A DNA stretch of 64,000 bases from an uncultured Gammaproteobacteria bacterium (GCA_951828235.1 OX639965.1:1668212-1732211), one strand, 5' to 3'. Counted from the first letter of the stretch, positions 8,801-19,832 are shown. The notes: generated by a model from the letters alone, not told the origin. Numbers and translations are program-made.

Positions 8801-9744
8801 TGACTAGTCCCGTGCGGGAAGATCCAGCGCTTTACGACTATCGCGCCTGGGACGAGCGCCTGCCGATCCGTTGGCCCAACGGCGCCAGGGTCGCCTTTTG
8901 GGTAGCGCCCAATATCGAGTTCTACGAACTGGATCCCCCGACCAATCCAATACGCAAGGCCTGGCCCCGCCCGACCCCCGATATCCAGGGTTATGGAACG
9001 CGGGACTACGGCAATCGGGTCGGCCACATGCGCATGATGGAACTGCTCGACCGCTGCGGCGTGCGCGGCTCCGTCAGCCTGTCGGTGGCGCTTTGCGAGC
9101 ATCATCCCGAGATCATCGACATGTGCCGGGAGCGCAACTGGGAGTTCTTCAGCCACGGCATCTACAACACCCGCTATGTCTATGGCATGGACGAGGCCCA
9201 GGAACGCGCCGTGATCGAGGACTCGGTGCGCACCATCGCCAGACACACCGGGCAGCAGTGCTCCGGCTACCTGGCCCCGGCCCTAACGCATACTGAGCGC
9301 ACGCTGGACCTGTTCAGCGAGGCCGGCGGGCTTTACACCTGCGACCTTTTTCACGACGACCAGCCCACGCCCGTGCGGGTGCGCTCCGGCCGGCCGTTCG
9401 TTTCCGTGCCCTACTCGCTGGAACTCAACGACACCATTGTCTATGTCGTCAACCGCATCGAGCCCAGGCGTTACGGAGCGATGATCAAGCAGGCCTTCGA
9501 CCGGCTCTACCGGGAAGGTGAAAAGGGCGGAACGGTCATGTGCGTGCCGCTGCACGCCTACCAGGTGGCGCACCCGCACCGGATACGCGCGTTCGAGGAC
9601 GCGCTGGCCTATATCACCGGGCACCCGAAGGTGTGGGTGACCACGGGCCGGGAAATTGCCGAGTACTTTGTGGAGCACTACTACGACCAGGCCGTGGCGA
9701 AGTGGGGGAGTGAAGACAAGGGGGAGGGCGGAGATGGCGCTTGA
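8800..9744 (+). CDS. PuuE-like polysaccharide-deacetylase-fold hydrolase (paralogue 2).
   Basis: WPNGARVAFWVAPNIE, RDYGNRVG, PLHAYQVAHPHR. The GTG start overlaps the upstream TAG by 1 nt. Confidence 0.7.
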   Translation: MTSPVREDPALYDYRAWDERLPIRWPNGARVAFWVAPNIEFYELDPPTNPIRKAWPRPTPDIQGYGTRDYGNRVGHMRMMELLDRCGVRGSVSLSVALCEHHPEIIDMCRERNWEFFSHGIYNTRYVYGMDEAQERAVIEDSVRTIARHTGQQCSGYLAPALTHTERTLDLFSEAGGLYTCDLFHDDQPTPVRVRSGRPFVSVPYSLELNDTIVYVVNRIEPRRYGAMIKQAFDRLYREGEKGGTVMCVPLHAYQVAHPHRIRAFEDALAYITGHPKVWVTTGREIAEYFVEHYYDQAVAKWGSEDKGEGGDGA

Positions 9745-10663
9745 CCCGGCCTACCTGGAGTACCAACGGCGCCGCTACGGCATGGACCACGACCGGTACG
9801 AGTGGTCGATGCTGTCCCGACGCGCTCCGGTCGCATGGCCGAACGGCGCACGGGTGGCGCTTTGGGTCAACGTGGCGGTGCAGTTCTTCCCGCTGAACCA
9901 GCGCGGCAAGCCGTTCCCGCCGCCGGGCGGCATGAGCACGGCGTATCCCGACCTGCGTCACTACACGCTGCGCGATTACGGCAACCGGGTGGGCCTGTTC
10001 CGTTGCCTCGAAGCCTTGGACGAAGCTGGCGTGACCCCGACGTTTTCAGTGAACGCCGCCATCGCCGAGCGTTACCCGCAGTTGCTTGAGCGCCTGAACC
10101 GGCGCGGCAACGAGATTCTGGCGAGTTCCTGGCACATGGACACCCTGCATCACGGCGACCTGGCCATGGACGACGAGCGGGAGCTGATCAACCGCTCGCT
10201 TGCGGCCCTGCGCGCGGCCGTGGACGAACCGGTCACGGGCTGGCTGGGTCCGGCGCGGTCGCAAAGCGGCAACACGCCGGACCTGCTCGCCGGGTCGGGC
10301 ATACGCTACATGGGCGACTGGATCAACGACGACATGCCCTATCCGTTCGCCACCCGGCACGGCGAGTTGATTGCGCTGCCCCTGTCGCTGGAACTCGACG
10401 ACCAGTTCATCATCCAGAACAACCTGCACTCGGAATGGGAGTACGCCGACCAGGTGAAGGATGCCTGCGATTACCTGCTGGCGGAGGCCGGGAAGACCGG
10501 ACACGGGCGGCTGCTCGCCCTTTCGGTGCATCCCTGGATGATGGGCCAGCCGCATCGCATCGGCGCCTTCGAATCGGTCCTGAAGCACATTTCGGAGCAG
10601 ACGGGCGTCTGGTCGGCCCCGGCCTCCGACATCGTGGCGGCCTGGTCGGATCAACGCGCCTGA
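9734..10663 (+). CDS. PuuE-like polysaccharide-deacetylase-fold hydrolase (paralogue 3).
   Basis: WPNGARVALWVNVAVQ, RDYGNRVG, SVHPWMMGQPHR. The ATG lies 11 nt before the upstream stop. Confidence 0.7.
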   Translation: MALDPAYLEYQRRRYGMDHDRYEWSMLSRRAPVAWPNGARVALWVNVAVQFFPLNQRGKPFPPPGGMSTAYPDLRHYTLRDYGNRVGLFRCLEALDEAGVTPTFSVNAAIAERYPQLLERLNRRGNEILASSWHMDTLHHGDLAMDDERELINRSLAALRAAVDEPVTGWLGPARSQSGNTPDLLAGSGIRYMGDWINDDMPYPFATRHGELIALPLSLELDDQFIIQNNLHSEWEYADQVKDACDYLLAEAGKTGHGRLLALSVHPWMMGQPHRIGAFESVLKHISEQTGVWSAPASDIVAAWSDQRA

Positions 10664-10690
10664 GCGCGGGCCCGAACGCGGGTCGGGGTC

Positions 10691-10890
10691 TTACGCTGGC
10701 GGCAAATCCTGACCCTGCGGTGTGAAGTGACCGGTAGCCACGCCCATCACGGCGAGCAGACTTTTCTCCACCCGCGCCATTTCGGCGGCGGTCAACTCGG
10801 TTAGCGGCTCGGGTCCAAGCCGCCTGCGGTCAAGTGTCCGAGGCTGGCGGTACAGATCCGGCCACGGCGAATAATGGCGGGCGCATCCAT
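10691..10890 (-). pseudogene. Remnant of a MazF/PemK-type toxin gene. Only a short N-terminal piece and the C-terminal third remain, and they are in different frames.
   Basis: Hand translation gives MDAPAIIRRGRI...* in one frame and DLYRQPRTLDRRRLGPEPLTELTAAEMARVEKSLLAVMGV in another. The second resembles the conserved PemK C-terminus. The piece is about 200 nt, against about 330 nt for a full gene. Confidence 0.35.
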
Positions 10891-10904
10891 GCAGGATTCG
10901 GGGC

Positions 10905-11237
10905 TTACGCGGATATCGGTGTCCGACTCTTCGTCAGCGCCATTGACTCATTGTCCAGAGGCAGTGCTTCCTCCGCCAATTGGACAGCGTGGTCCGGGTC
11001 GATGGCTTTCGCTGCCCGGGTCATTTGCGCGAGGAACCGCTCGCGTTGCCGGTTGGCCAGAAAGTGCTCCAGCGCAATCCGCGCAATCAGAGACTTGGGC
11101 TGCCTCGACAGCCGGGCCTCTTCGTTCAGGCTCTCATTGAGGCGATTAGTGAGCCGGATGCTGAGAATGGACACGCACGCACCAGATGTAATGCACTCTG
11201 TTGTGCGAATTGTAGGCTTCAGGCTGACTGCCGGCAA
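10905..11237 (-). CDS. Ribbon-helix-helix (CopG-like) antitoxin / DNA-binding protein.
   Basis: VSILSIRLTNRLNESLNEEARLSRQPKSLIARIALEHFL has an RHH pattern. TTG start with AAGGAG 4 nt upstream. Confidence 0.6.
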   Translation of the reverse strand: MPAVSLKPTIRTTECITSGACVSILSIRLTNRLNESLNEEARLSRQPKSLIARIALEHFLANRQRERFLAQMTRAAKAIDPDHAVQLAEEALPLDNESMALTKSRTPISA

Positions 11238-11455
11238 TTTTCTCCTTCGTGCCCATGAATTCGAAGGTGCGTCGAATTAGCTAAGAGACCTGCATGTGTT
11301 TGGGAGTTTTTCGCGTCTCATTTTTGGTTTCGACGCTTATCATGTCGGTCTACAATTCGAAACATGAGTGCAAGATCGGTGGGAATCCTCTCTCGAATCC
11401 AGGAAGGATTTACTCCGGCACTCTCAAACGGATTGACTGGAAACAGGGATGAGCT

Positions 11456-13258
11456 ATGCAACTTACAAGGACTGTGAGAACAAGGACGCCACTGGCAACC
11501 ATGTCGCAGCGGGAAATCACGGCAATCGAAGCGTCAGTCGCACGAACGCTTCAATCGTCCGTCACACCCCTGGACTCGCTTGATATCACCAGATCGCTGG
11601 TCCGCGAAGTAATTTCCGCCTACTGGAAGGGAACCCAGGCTCTTCTGGGAGGCCATGCAAGGCTTCGCGAACTTCCGTCGGGAGTTTCGCTTGCGCCACT
11701 TGAGCCGGAAGTTCGCGAACTGGCTCGAAAAATGGGCACCGGAGTGGCCGAATCTGACGTGCTGGACGCCAGTTACAGGATCGGCGTTCTCTACACGGGC
11801 TTGATGCCCGACGACCGCCGGGCACGCCTGGGGGCGCACTACACACCGCGAGCGCTTTCCCAGCGATTGCTGGATATGGCGGAGGAGGCCGGAGTCGAAT
11901 GGGATACGGCACGAGTGCTTGATCCGGCATGCGGCGGCGGCGCTTTTTTGTCTCCCCTCGCCCTCCGCATGGCGGCAAGCCTCAAAGACCAACCAGCGGA
12001 AACCGTACTGGCGAGCATCGAGCAACGGCTGCGAGGATACGAAATCGATCCGTTTGCCGCCTGGATGTCCCAGGTATTTCTGGATGTGACGCTCGCGGCG
12101 TTCTGCCTGAAGGCGGGCCGGCCACTCAAGTCGCTTGTGAAGGTTTGCGATGCGCTGGAGCAGGAACGCGGAGCCGAAGGATTCAATCTGGTTATCGGAA
12201 ACCCGCCCTATGGTCGCATCACGCTATCGCCGAGTTTGCGTCAGAAGTTCGGGCGCAGCCTTTTCGGCCACGCCAACCTGTACGGCGTGTTCTCCGATCT
12301 GGCGCTGCGATTGACAAACCCGAAAGGGGTGATCGCGTACGTCACGCCCACAAGCTTTCTTTCCGGCGAATATTTCAAGGCCCTGCGTGTCTTGCTGGGC
12401 TGGGAGGCGCCGCCGATCTCAATCGACTTCATTGCGGAACGCAAGGGCGTCTTCGCAGACGTGCTGCAGGAAACCCTGCTTGCGACGTATCAGCGAGGCG
12501 GCGAGCCTAGCGCGGCGAGCGTGCACTTTCTGACGCAAGATCGGCATGGCTCGGTCAAGATCAACGGAGCAGGATCCTTCAACTTGCCCGAAGAGTTGGA
12601 CAGGCCGTGGCTCATCCCAAGAAGCGACCGGCAAAGCAAGCTCGTCGGCCAGGTTGCCCGGTTGCCCTACCGATTGGCGGACTACGGCTACACCGTCAGC
12701 ACCGGACCGCTGGTCTGGAATCGGCACAAGTCGGGCCTGCGTGACCACCCCGGCCAAGGGCGCTATCCATTGCTCTGGGCAGAATCCGTACGCTCCAACG
12801 GCGAGTTTGAATTCCGGGCACAAAAGCGCAACCACAAGCCCTACTTCGAACCAAAAGAGAAGGAAAAGTGGGTGGTCACCGATCACCCATGCGTGTTGCT
12901 GCAAAGAACAACGGCCAAGGAGCAATGCCGGCGCCTGATCGCGGCCGAGCTACCGGAGCAATTCATCAGGAAGCACGGCGCGGTGGTTGTCGAAAACCAC
13001 TTGAACATGATCAAGCCGCTAAACGGCACTCCCAAGGTATCGGCGGCTGCGTTGGCAGCTCTGTTGAATAGCGATGTCGTTGACCAGGTTTTCCGCTGCA
13101 TCAACGGTAGCGTGGCCGTGTCAGCCTACGAGCTGCAAGCGTTGCCGCTGCCCTCCCCTGACGACGCCAAGGACATTGAAGCATTGATTGAAGCGCGCGC
13201 ACACCGGGAGGTCCTGGACCAGGCCGTAGAGCGGCTGTACGAAAGTGAAGCGAAATAA
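11456..13258 (+). CDS. N6-adenine DNA methyltransferase (gamma class, Eco57I/PstI-BsuBI-type) with a C-terminal target-recognition domain.
   Basis: Motif I VLDPACGGGAFL and motif IV VIGNPPYG. The stop overlaps the start of the endonuclease gene (TAATG). Confidence 0.85.
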   Translation: MQLTRTVRTRTPLATMSQREITAIEASVARTLQSSVTPLDSLDITRSLVREVISAYWKGTQALLGGHARLRELPSGVSLAPLEPEVRELARKMGTGVAESDVLDASYRIGVLYTGLMPDDRRARLGAHYTPRALSQRLLDMAEEAGVEWDTARVLDPACGGGAFLSPLALRMAASLKDQPAETVLASIEQRLRGYEIDPFAAWMSQVFLDVTLAAFCLKAGRPLKSLVKVCDALEQERGAEGFNLVIGNPPYGRITLSPSLRQKFGRSLFGHANLYGVFSDLALRLTNPKGVIAYVTPTSFLSGEYFKALRVLLGWEAPPISIDFIAERKGVFADVLQETLLATYQRGGEPSAASVHFLTQDRHGSVKINGAGSFNLPEELDRPWLIPRSDRQSKLVGQVARLPYRLADYGYTVSTGPLVWNRHKSGLRDHPGQGRYPLLWAESVRSNGEFEFRAQKRNHKPYFEPKEKEKWVVTDHPCVLLQRTTAKEQCRRLIAAELPEQFIRKHGAVVVENHLNMIKPLNGTPKVSAAALAALLNSDVVDQVFRCINGSVAVSAYELQALPLPSPDDAKDIEALIEARAHREVLDQAVERLYESEAK

Positions 13259-14343
13259 TGGCGCTGCCAGCGTTACTTCCGGTGCCGGAAATCCACGAAA
13301 GACTGGGAACAATCTTCCCGGAAGGCACGGCGCACCGCAATTTTCTGATACGTGAGATGGCCGCCAAGACGGTATTCACCATGCTTTATGTCGGGGCGCT
13401 AGAAGGAACAGAACGCTGGTTGCGCCCCGATCAAGTCACGCGGATGACCGACCATCAAGCCGCATCAACAAACGAAGAAGATCGTATTGCATGGCGCGAG
13501 GCGTCGCTGCGCCCGACGCATGAGTCCATCGCGGGCAGGTGGTACGCGGCCAATACGCGAGAACCCATCCGGGATGAGACACTGCGTGAAGGCCTTGTAC
13601 GAACCCGAGCCGTACAAGAACGCGTAGACTTGCCCACTACATCGCCGCGTCCACGATACGCGCTGGCTCCCGCATTCGCTGCTTTGTTCGATCCGGCGTT
13701 GGCAGGAGAGGCGCTAGACGCAATGATCGCTGCATGGCAAGAAGCAAACTTGTCCACGGGCGCGCTGGCACGCATTGCGATATTGCGCCGGGGCACGGTC
13801 GCCGGCGAGGAACGAGTGCTCGTCACATTTCCGAACGGAGAAACCCGGCACATGGAGCCCGGGCCGAGCTCCGTCATATCCAAAGCCGTCGTGGAGGAAT
13901 TCGCGAGCCGATTTCTGGAGCGCCCCGGTGTCATTCTGCTGAGCGAAAGCCGCAACAAAATTGTGGCGCGTGACGACGAACTTGCACAGGCCATCGGCCT
14001 GGAAATCCAGCCGGACCTGAACCTGCCCGACATAATCCTAGTTGACCTGGGATCAGTCGACCCATTGCTTGTCTTCGTAGAGGTGGTCGCCACGGATGGA
14101 CCAGTCAGCGAATCGCGCAGAGATTCGCTGATGTCGGTGACTACGGATGCTGGATTCGCGGAAAGCCAAGTGGCGTTTGTAACGGCGTATGCAGACCGCA
14201 GCCATGCAGCGTTCAAGCGTTCTGTAAGCGAACTCGCATGGCGATCCTTCGCCTGGTTCATGTCAGAACCCGATCACATCATGGTGCTGAGGCAAGGAAC
14301 CGCTACTACGATGGCGAAGCTATCAGGACTCATGAATCAATAG
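13258..14343 (+). CDS. Type II restriction endonuclease, BsuBI/PstI family.
   Basis: The N-terminal LLPVPEIHERLGTIFPEGTAHRNFLIREMAAKTVFTMLYVGA is characteristic of that family as I recall it. It is translationally coupled to the methylase. Confidence 0.7.
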   Translation: MALPALLPVPEIHERLGTIFPEGTAHRNFLIREMAAKTVFTMLYVGALEGTERWLRPDQVTRMTDHQAASTNEEDRIAWREASLRPTHESIAGRWYAANTREPIRDETLREGLVRTRAVQERVDLPTTSPRPRYALAPAFAALFDPALAGEALDAMIAAWQEANLSTGALARIAILRRGTVAGEERVLVTFPNGETRHMEPGPSSVISKAVVEEFASRFLERPGVILLSESRNKIVARDDELAQAIGLEIQPDLNLPDIILVDLGSVDPLLVFVEVVATDGPVSESRRDSLMSVTTDAGFAESQVAFVTAYADRSHAAFKRSVSELAWRSFAWFMSEPDHIMVLRQGTATTMAKLSGLMNQ

Positions 14344-14452
14344 GATGTAGCGGTGCAACAGGGATCACGAAACATATGTCGCGATACCACCTCACCGTGA
14401 ACAGCCCCTGGCTACCCAATCGTCCGAATCCACTTTCTTGGCGATCCAAAGG

Positions 14453-14485
14453 TCGATATTGTGCATTTGAAATGCACAATATCGA
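14453..14485. repeat. 33-bp perfect palindrome.
   Basis: TCGATATTGTGCATTT-G-AAATGCACAATATCGA, followed directly by CTGCAG (14486-14491). Confidence 0.9.
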
Positions 14486-14574
14486 CTGCAGTGAGTCTGG
14501 AACGTTGGTGCTTGCCATGCAAGGCTACATTGAACGCTCGCTTTCGTTGAGGAGGGGACTTCCTTTCTCCCGGG

Positions 14575-17073
14575 TCAGAAGCGGGCGGTGAGTTCCAGGC
14601 CTACGCGCCGCAGGTCGGCGGGGTGGATGAAGGTGCCGCCGAACTCGGGAGCCGGGATCACCTCTTCCAGGTAGACCTCCTCGGTCGCGTTCTTCGCGAA
14701 CAGCACCGCCGACAGCCGGTCGTTCTCCACGCCCACGCGCACGTTCAGCACCGTGTAGCTGTCGCGCCGGGTGGGGGTGAAGTCGCTGGCCACGCCGTTG
14801 AACAACGTGGCGCGCTGCTGGTCCTGGACCACGTGGAACCAGGTTTCGCCCACCGCGGACACGTCCGCCGAGGCGGCCAGCCGCCAGTCGCCCGTCAACG
14901 GCATGACGATGCGGGCGCCGGCGCTGGCGGTCCAGTCCGGCGTGTACGGCGACTTGTTGCCCACGGTGTCCGGGCGCACGCTGTTGGCCTCGATCTCGCT
15001 GTCCACGTAGCCCCAGCCCGCGTAGACGTCGAGGATGTCCGTCACCGCCCAGGTGGCGCCCACCTCGGCGCCCTGCAGGCTCACTTCGTCCAGGTTGCCG
15101 TTCAGGCGCAGCAGGCCGAAGGGGCCCACCAGGAACTCGAAGAACTGCATGTCGTCCACCTGCACGTTGAACACGGTGGCTTCCAGCCTCAGGCGGTCGT
15201 CCAGAAGGCTGCCCTTCACGCCTGCTTCCAGCGACACCGAAGTTTCCTTGTCCACATCGTCGCTGATCCCTACGGGCACTTGCGGCGGCGCGCCCACAGC
15301 GGCCAGGAACACGTCGTTGATCAGGCCGTTGATGAAGATATCGACGGTGGCCTTGGCGCCCTGGTTGTTAAAGCCGCCGCTCTTGAAACCGACGCCGCCG
15401 CTGGCGAACAGCGTCCAGTCCTCGGTGACGTCCCAGGTGAGCGAGAGCTTGGGCTGGAACTGGCTGAAGGTGCGCGATTTGGGCGCGATAACGCCGGCCG
15501 GATTTACGCCCGGGCATAGGCCGGGATTGATCGGCGCGTTGCCGGTGTAGGGCGGTCCGTCGCAGTCGATGTATTGCGACAGGGCGTTGACCGGAACCAG
15601 GTTGTCCACCTTGCGCCGCTCGCTGTCGAAGCGCAGCGCCAGCGAGACCTCGGTGGTTTCGGTCATTTCGTACGAGACTTCGCCGAAGGCCGCGACTACC
15701 TGGCTGCTGAAGCGGTCGTGCACCAGTTGCTCGGTGGGGTTGTTGCCCGATTGCGGAACATACAGCTCGTTGGTGATGCCGTTCCCCAGGTCGAGACCGG
15801 TGTTGACGCCGACCTCGCGGTCGATGTCGAGGAAGTAGGCGCCGGCCAGCCAGGTGAGCGGCCCGTCGCCGACGGAATTAAGCCGCACCTCGACGCTGTA
15901 GTCGGTCTGCTTGCGCTCCTGGTACTGGGTGCCGTCGCAGGCGATCGGCGTGTAGGGGCCCAGCAGGGATACGGGGAAATTCGGGTCGGGTCCCAGGTAG
16001 GTGGGAGCGGGCAGCCGCACCCCGGCGTTGAACGCCGTGGTGACCGAGTCCAGGCAGTGCTGGTTGGCGTTGAAGAAACCGAACGCCCCGCTGGTGCCGT
16101 CGGCGCTCAGGTTGTTGTCGATCTTGCTGAACAGGAACCAGGCGCGCATGTCCGCCCAGCCGAGGCCATGGTCGACACGGGCGGAGAACTCCGTGGCCTC
16201 CTGTTCGTTGCCGGGATCGATATTGCTCTGGAACTCAAATTCGTGGTCGTTGACATCCTCGAAGAACTGCGGCACGCCGAAAAGCTGCGCGAACAAGGGC
16301 AGGTGAAAAGCGGCGTTGAAGGTGATCGAGGCCGCGTCGACCTCGCCGTAGCGGAATTTGAAGTCCCAACTGGTCGCCTCGGAAGGGTCCCAGGTGAGGC
16401 GGGCATTGACGTTGTAGCCGCGGTAGTCGTCGACGATGTCGTCGCGGTCCAGGTAGGTGTTCTCGTAGAACCCCTTGGTGGAGCGATAGTCCCCCTGCAG
16501 GCGGTAGTTCATGTCTTCCGCCAGAGCGCCTTCGATCGCGCCCGAATACAGCCAGGTGCTGTCCCCCGCGGCGCTGACCTTCAGGTAGCCGCCAGGCTCG
16601 CTGCCCGGCTTTTCGGTGGAAATGATGATAGCGCCCGCCGCCGCGTTGCGTCCGTAAAGCGCGCCCTGCGGCCCCTTGAGGACCTCGATCTGGCGCAGGT
16701 TGGCGTATTCGCGGTTCAGCGCCGCCGGGTTGGTCATCAGCACCCCATCGACGATCAGCGCGTAGGAGTTCTCCGCGTCGCGCGCGCCGTTGATGCCGCG
16801 GATGTTGACCTGCGTGTCGCCCACTTCCGCCGAGTCCACGATCGACACGCCCGGCGTCATGTAGATGAAGTCCTCGGCGCGCTGAATGCCGGAGCGCTCG
16901 ATGTCTTCCGAGGTCAGTACCCGCACGGTGCCCGGCACGTCACGCAGGGTCTCCTCGCGTTGCCGGGCGGTAACGATGATTTCCTCGATCGCGTCCTGTG
17001 CCGGGGCGATTGGTGCAGCAAGCACAATGCCCAGCACGCAAAAGCTCAGTCTTCTGGCAGGGTTCGTCTTCAT
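14575..17073 (-). CDS. TonB-dependent outer-membrane receptor.
   Basis: Signal peptide, plug-domain motifs (IIVTARQREE, DVPGTVRV, NIRGINGA), 832 aa, C-terminal ...LELTARF. Confidence 0.9.
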   Translation of the reverse strand: MKTNPARRLSFCVLGIVLAAPIAPAQDAIEEIIVTARQREETLRDVPGTVRVLTSEDIERSGIQRAEDFIYMTPGVSIVDSAEVGDTQVNIRGINGARDAENSYALIVDGVLMTNPAALNREYANLRQIEVLKGPQGALYGRNAAAGAIIISTEKPGSEPGGYLKVSAAGDSTWLYSGAIEGALAEDMNYRLQGDYRSTKGFYENTYLDRDDIVDDYRGYNVNARLTWDPSEATSWDFKFRYGEVDAASITFNAAFHLPLFAQLFGVPQFFEDVNDHEFEFQSNIDPGNEQEATEFSARVDHGLGWADMRAWFLFSKIDNNLSADGTSGAFGFFNANQHCLDSVTTAFNAGVRLPAPTYLGPDPNFPVSLLGPYTPIACDGTQYQERKQTDYSVEVRLNSVGDGPLTWLAGAYFLDIDREVGVNTGLDLGNGITNELYVPQSGNNPTEQLVHDRFSSQVVAAFGEVSYEMTETTEVSLALRFDSERRKVDNLVPVNALSQYIDCDGPPYTGNAPINPGLCPGVNPAGVIAPKSRTFSQFQPKLSLTWDVTEDWTLFASGGVGFKSGGFNNQGAKATVDIFINGLINDVFLAAVGAPPQVPVGISDDVDKETSVSLEAGVKGSLLDDRLRLEATVFNVQVDDMQFFEFLVGPFGLLRLNGNLDEVSLQGAEVGATWAVTDILDVYAGWGYVDSEIEANSVRPDTVGNKSPYTPDWTASAGARIVMPLTGDWRLAASADVSAVGETWFHVVQDQQRATLFNGVASDFTPTRRDSYTVLNVRVGVENDRLSAVLFAKNATEEVYLEEVIPAPEFGGTFIHPADLRRVGLELTARF

Positions 17074-17218
17074 TTGCGACTCCGTGGCCGGCTCCTCAGA
17101 GTAAGGAATATTAGGCTTGGCGGACGACGCGAGTCAATGCGGCCGTCGCTGCGGATACACGGCCTGAGGGTCGCGGCGTGATAGATTAGCCGCCTTTCCG
17201 GGCGCGGTGGAGTCGACT

Positions 17219-18028
17219 ATGGCAGAGGCAAGGACAGTGGTGGTTACCGGCGGCACGCGGGGCATTGGCAAGGGCATGGCGCGGGAGTTCCTGAAACGTG
17301 GTCACCGGGTGGTGGTGTGCGGGCGCAGCGACGAAAGCGCAGCCGCCGCCGCCTCCGACCTGGCCGGACACGGCGAGGTCCTCGGCAAGGGCTGCGACGT
17401 AAGCGATTTCGCCAGCGTGCAGGCGCTTTGGGACGCGGCGGCGGCACGCTTCGGCGATATCGACATCTGGATCAACAATGCCGGAATCAGCAATCGCCGC
17501 GCCGGGTTAAGCGAGCTGCGGCCCGAAGAAGTGGCGGAAGTGGTGAACACGAACCTGACCGGCACCTTCAACGGCTGCCGGGTCGCGATCGACGGGATGC
17601 GAACGCAGGAAAGCGGCGGGGCCGTGTACGTGTTCGAAGGCTTCGGCAGCAACGGCATGACCGCGCCGGGACTCACTCCCTACGGTTCCACCAAGCGCGC
17701 GATCAGCTATATGGCGCAATCGCTGGCCAAGGAAGTGCGCGGCAGCAACGTGATCGTGGGCGCTCTGAGCCCGGGCATCGTGATCACCGACATGTCGATG
17801 CTGGCTGGCGGGCGCGATACCGAGCGCGCGGCGCAGGCGCGCAAGATATACAACATCCTGGGCGACAGGGTGGAGCGCGTCACGCCCTGGCTGGTGGAGA
17901 AGGTGCTGGCGAACCGCAAGAACGGAGCGGCGTTCCGCTGGCTGACCCGCCTGCGGTCCGCCGGCCGCTTCCTTTGTCCCGTATACCATCGCCGCGACGT
18001 CGTCAGCGACTACGCCCCCGGCAAGTAA
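17219..18028 (+). CDS. SDR-family oxidoreductase.
   Basis: VVVTGGTRGIGKG, NNAG, YGSTK. The ATG at 17219 is preferred over the GTG at 17207. Confidence 0.8.
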   Translation: MAEARTVVVTGGTRGIGKGMAREFLKRGHRVVVCGRSDESAAAAASDLAGHGEVLGKGCDVSDFASVQALWDAAAARFGDIDIWINNAGISNRRAGLSELRPEEVAEVVNTNLTGTFNGCRVAIDGMRTQESGGAVYVFEGFGSNGMTAPGLTPYGSTKRAISYMAQSLAKEVRGSNVIVGALSPGIVITDMSMLAGGRDTERAAQARKIYNILGDRVERVTPWLVEKVLANRKNGAAFRWLTRLRSAGRFLCPVYHRRDVVSDYAPGK

Positions 18029-18076
18029 CGCCGGCCACATCGATCCGATCGAGTGTTGTGGGCGGTCAGGTAGCGA

Positions 18077-19732
<1,656 letters not shown>

Positions 19733-19757
19733 CAATTCTCGGATCGCGGCCGGCGCC

Positions 19758-19832
19758 GCGCTGTTGTCGCGCTCCCGTCCCTTCGGAGCCACTTCGCGAC
19801 GCTCCTGCCGCGAAGGGGCACGACAACAGCGC
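19758..19832 (+). repeat. REP-like nested hairpin, copy 1 (between convergent glnS and rpoD).
   Basis: Core CCTTCGGAGCCACTTCGCGACGCTCCTGCC, flanked by complementary arms GCGCTGTTGTCG / CGACAACAGCGC. Confidence 0.85.

Noticed and set aside
10834-11280. 148-aa plus-strand ORF antisense to the RHH gene.
   Set aside because: No motifs. The opposite-strand RHH ORF has a strong SD and a recognisable fold pattern.
17074-17206. A 130-nt leader upstream of the TonB-dependent receptor, inspected for a cobalamin or TPP riboswitch.
   Set aside because: I could not find the conserved B12 box (GCCACTG) or TPP (CTGAGA...ACCTGA) elements. No call can be made without a covariance-model scan.
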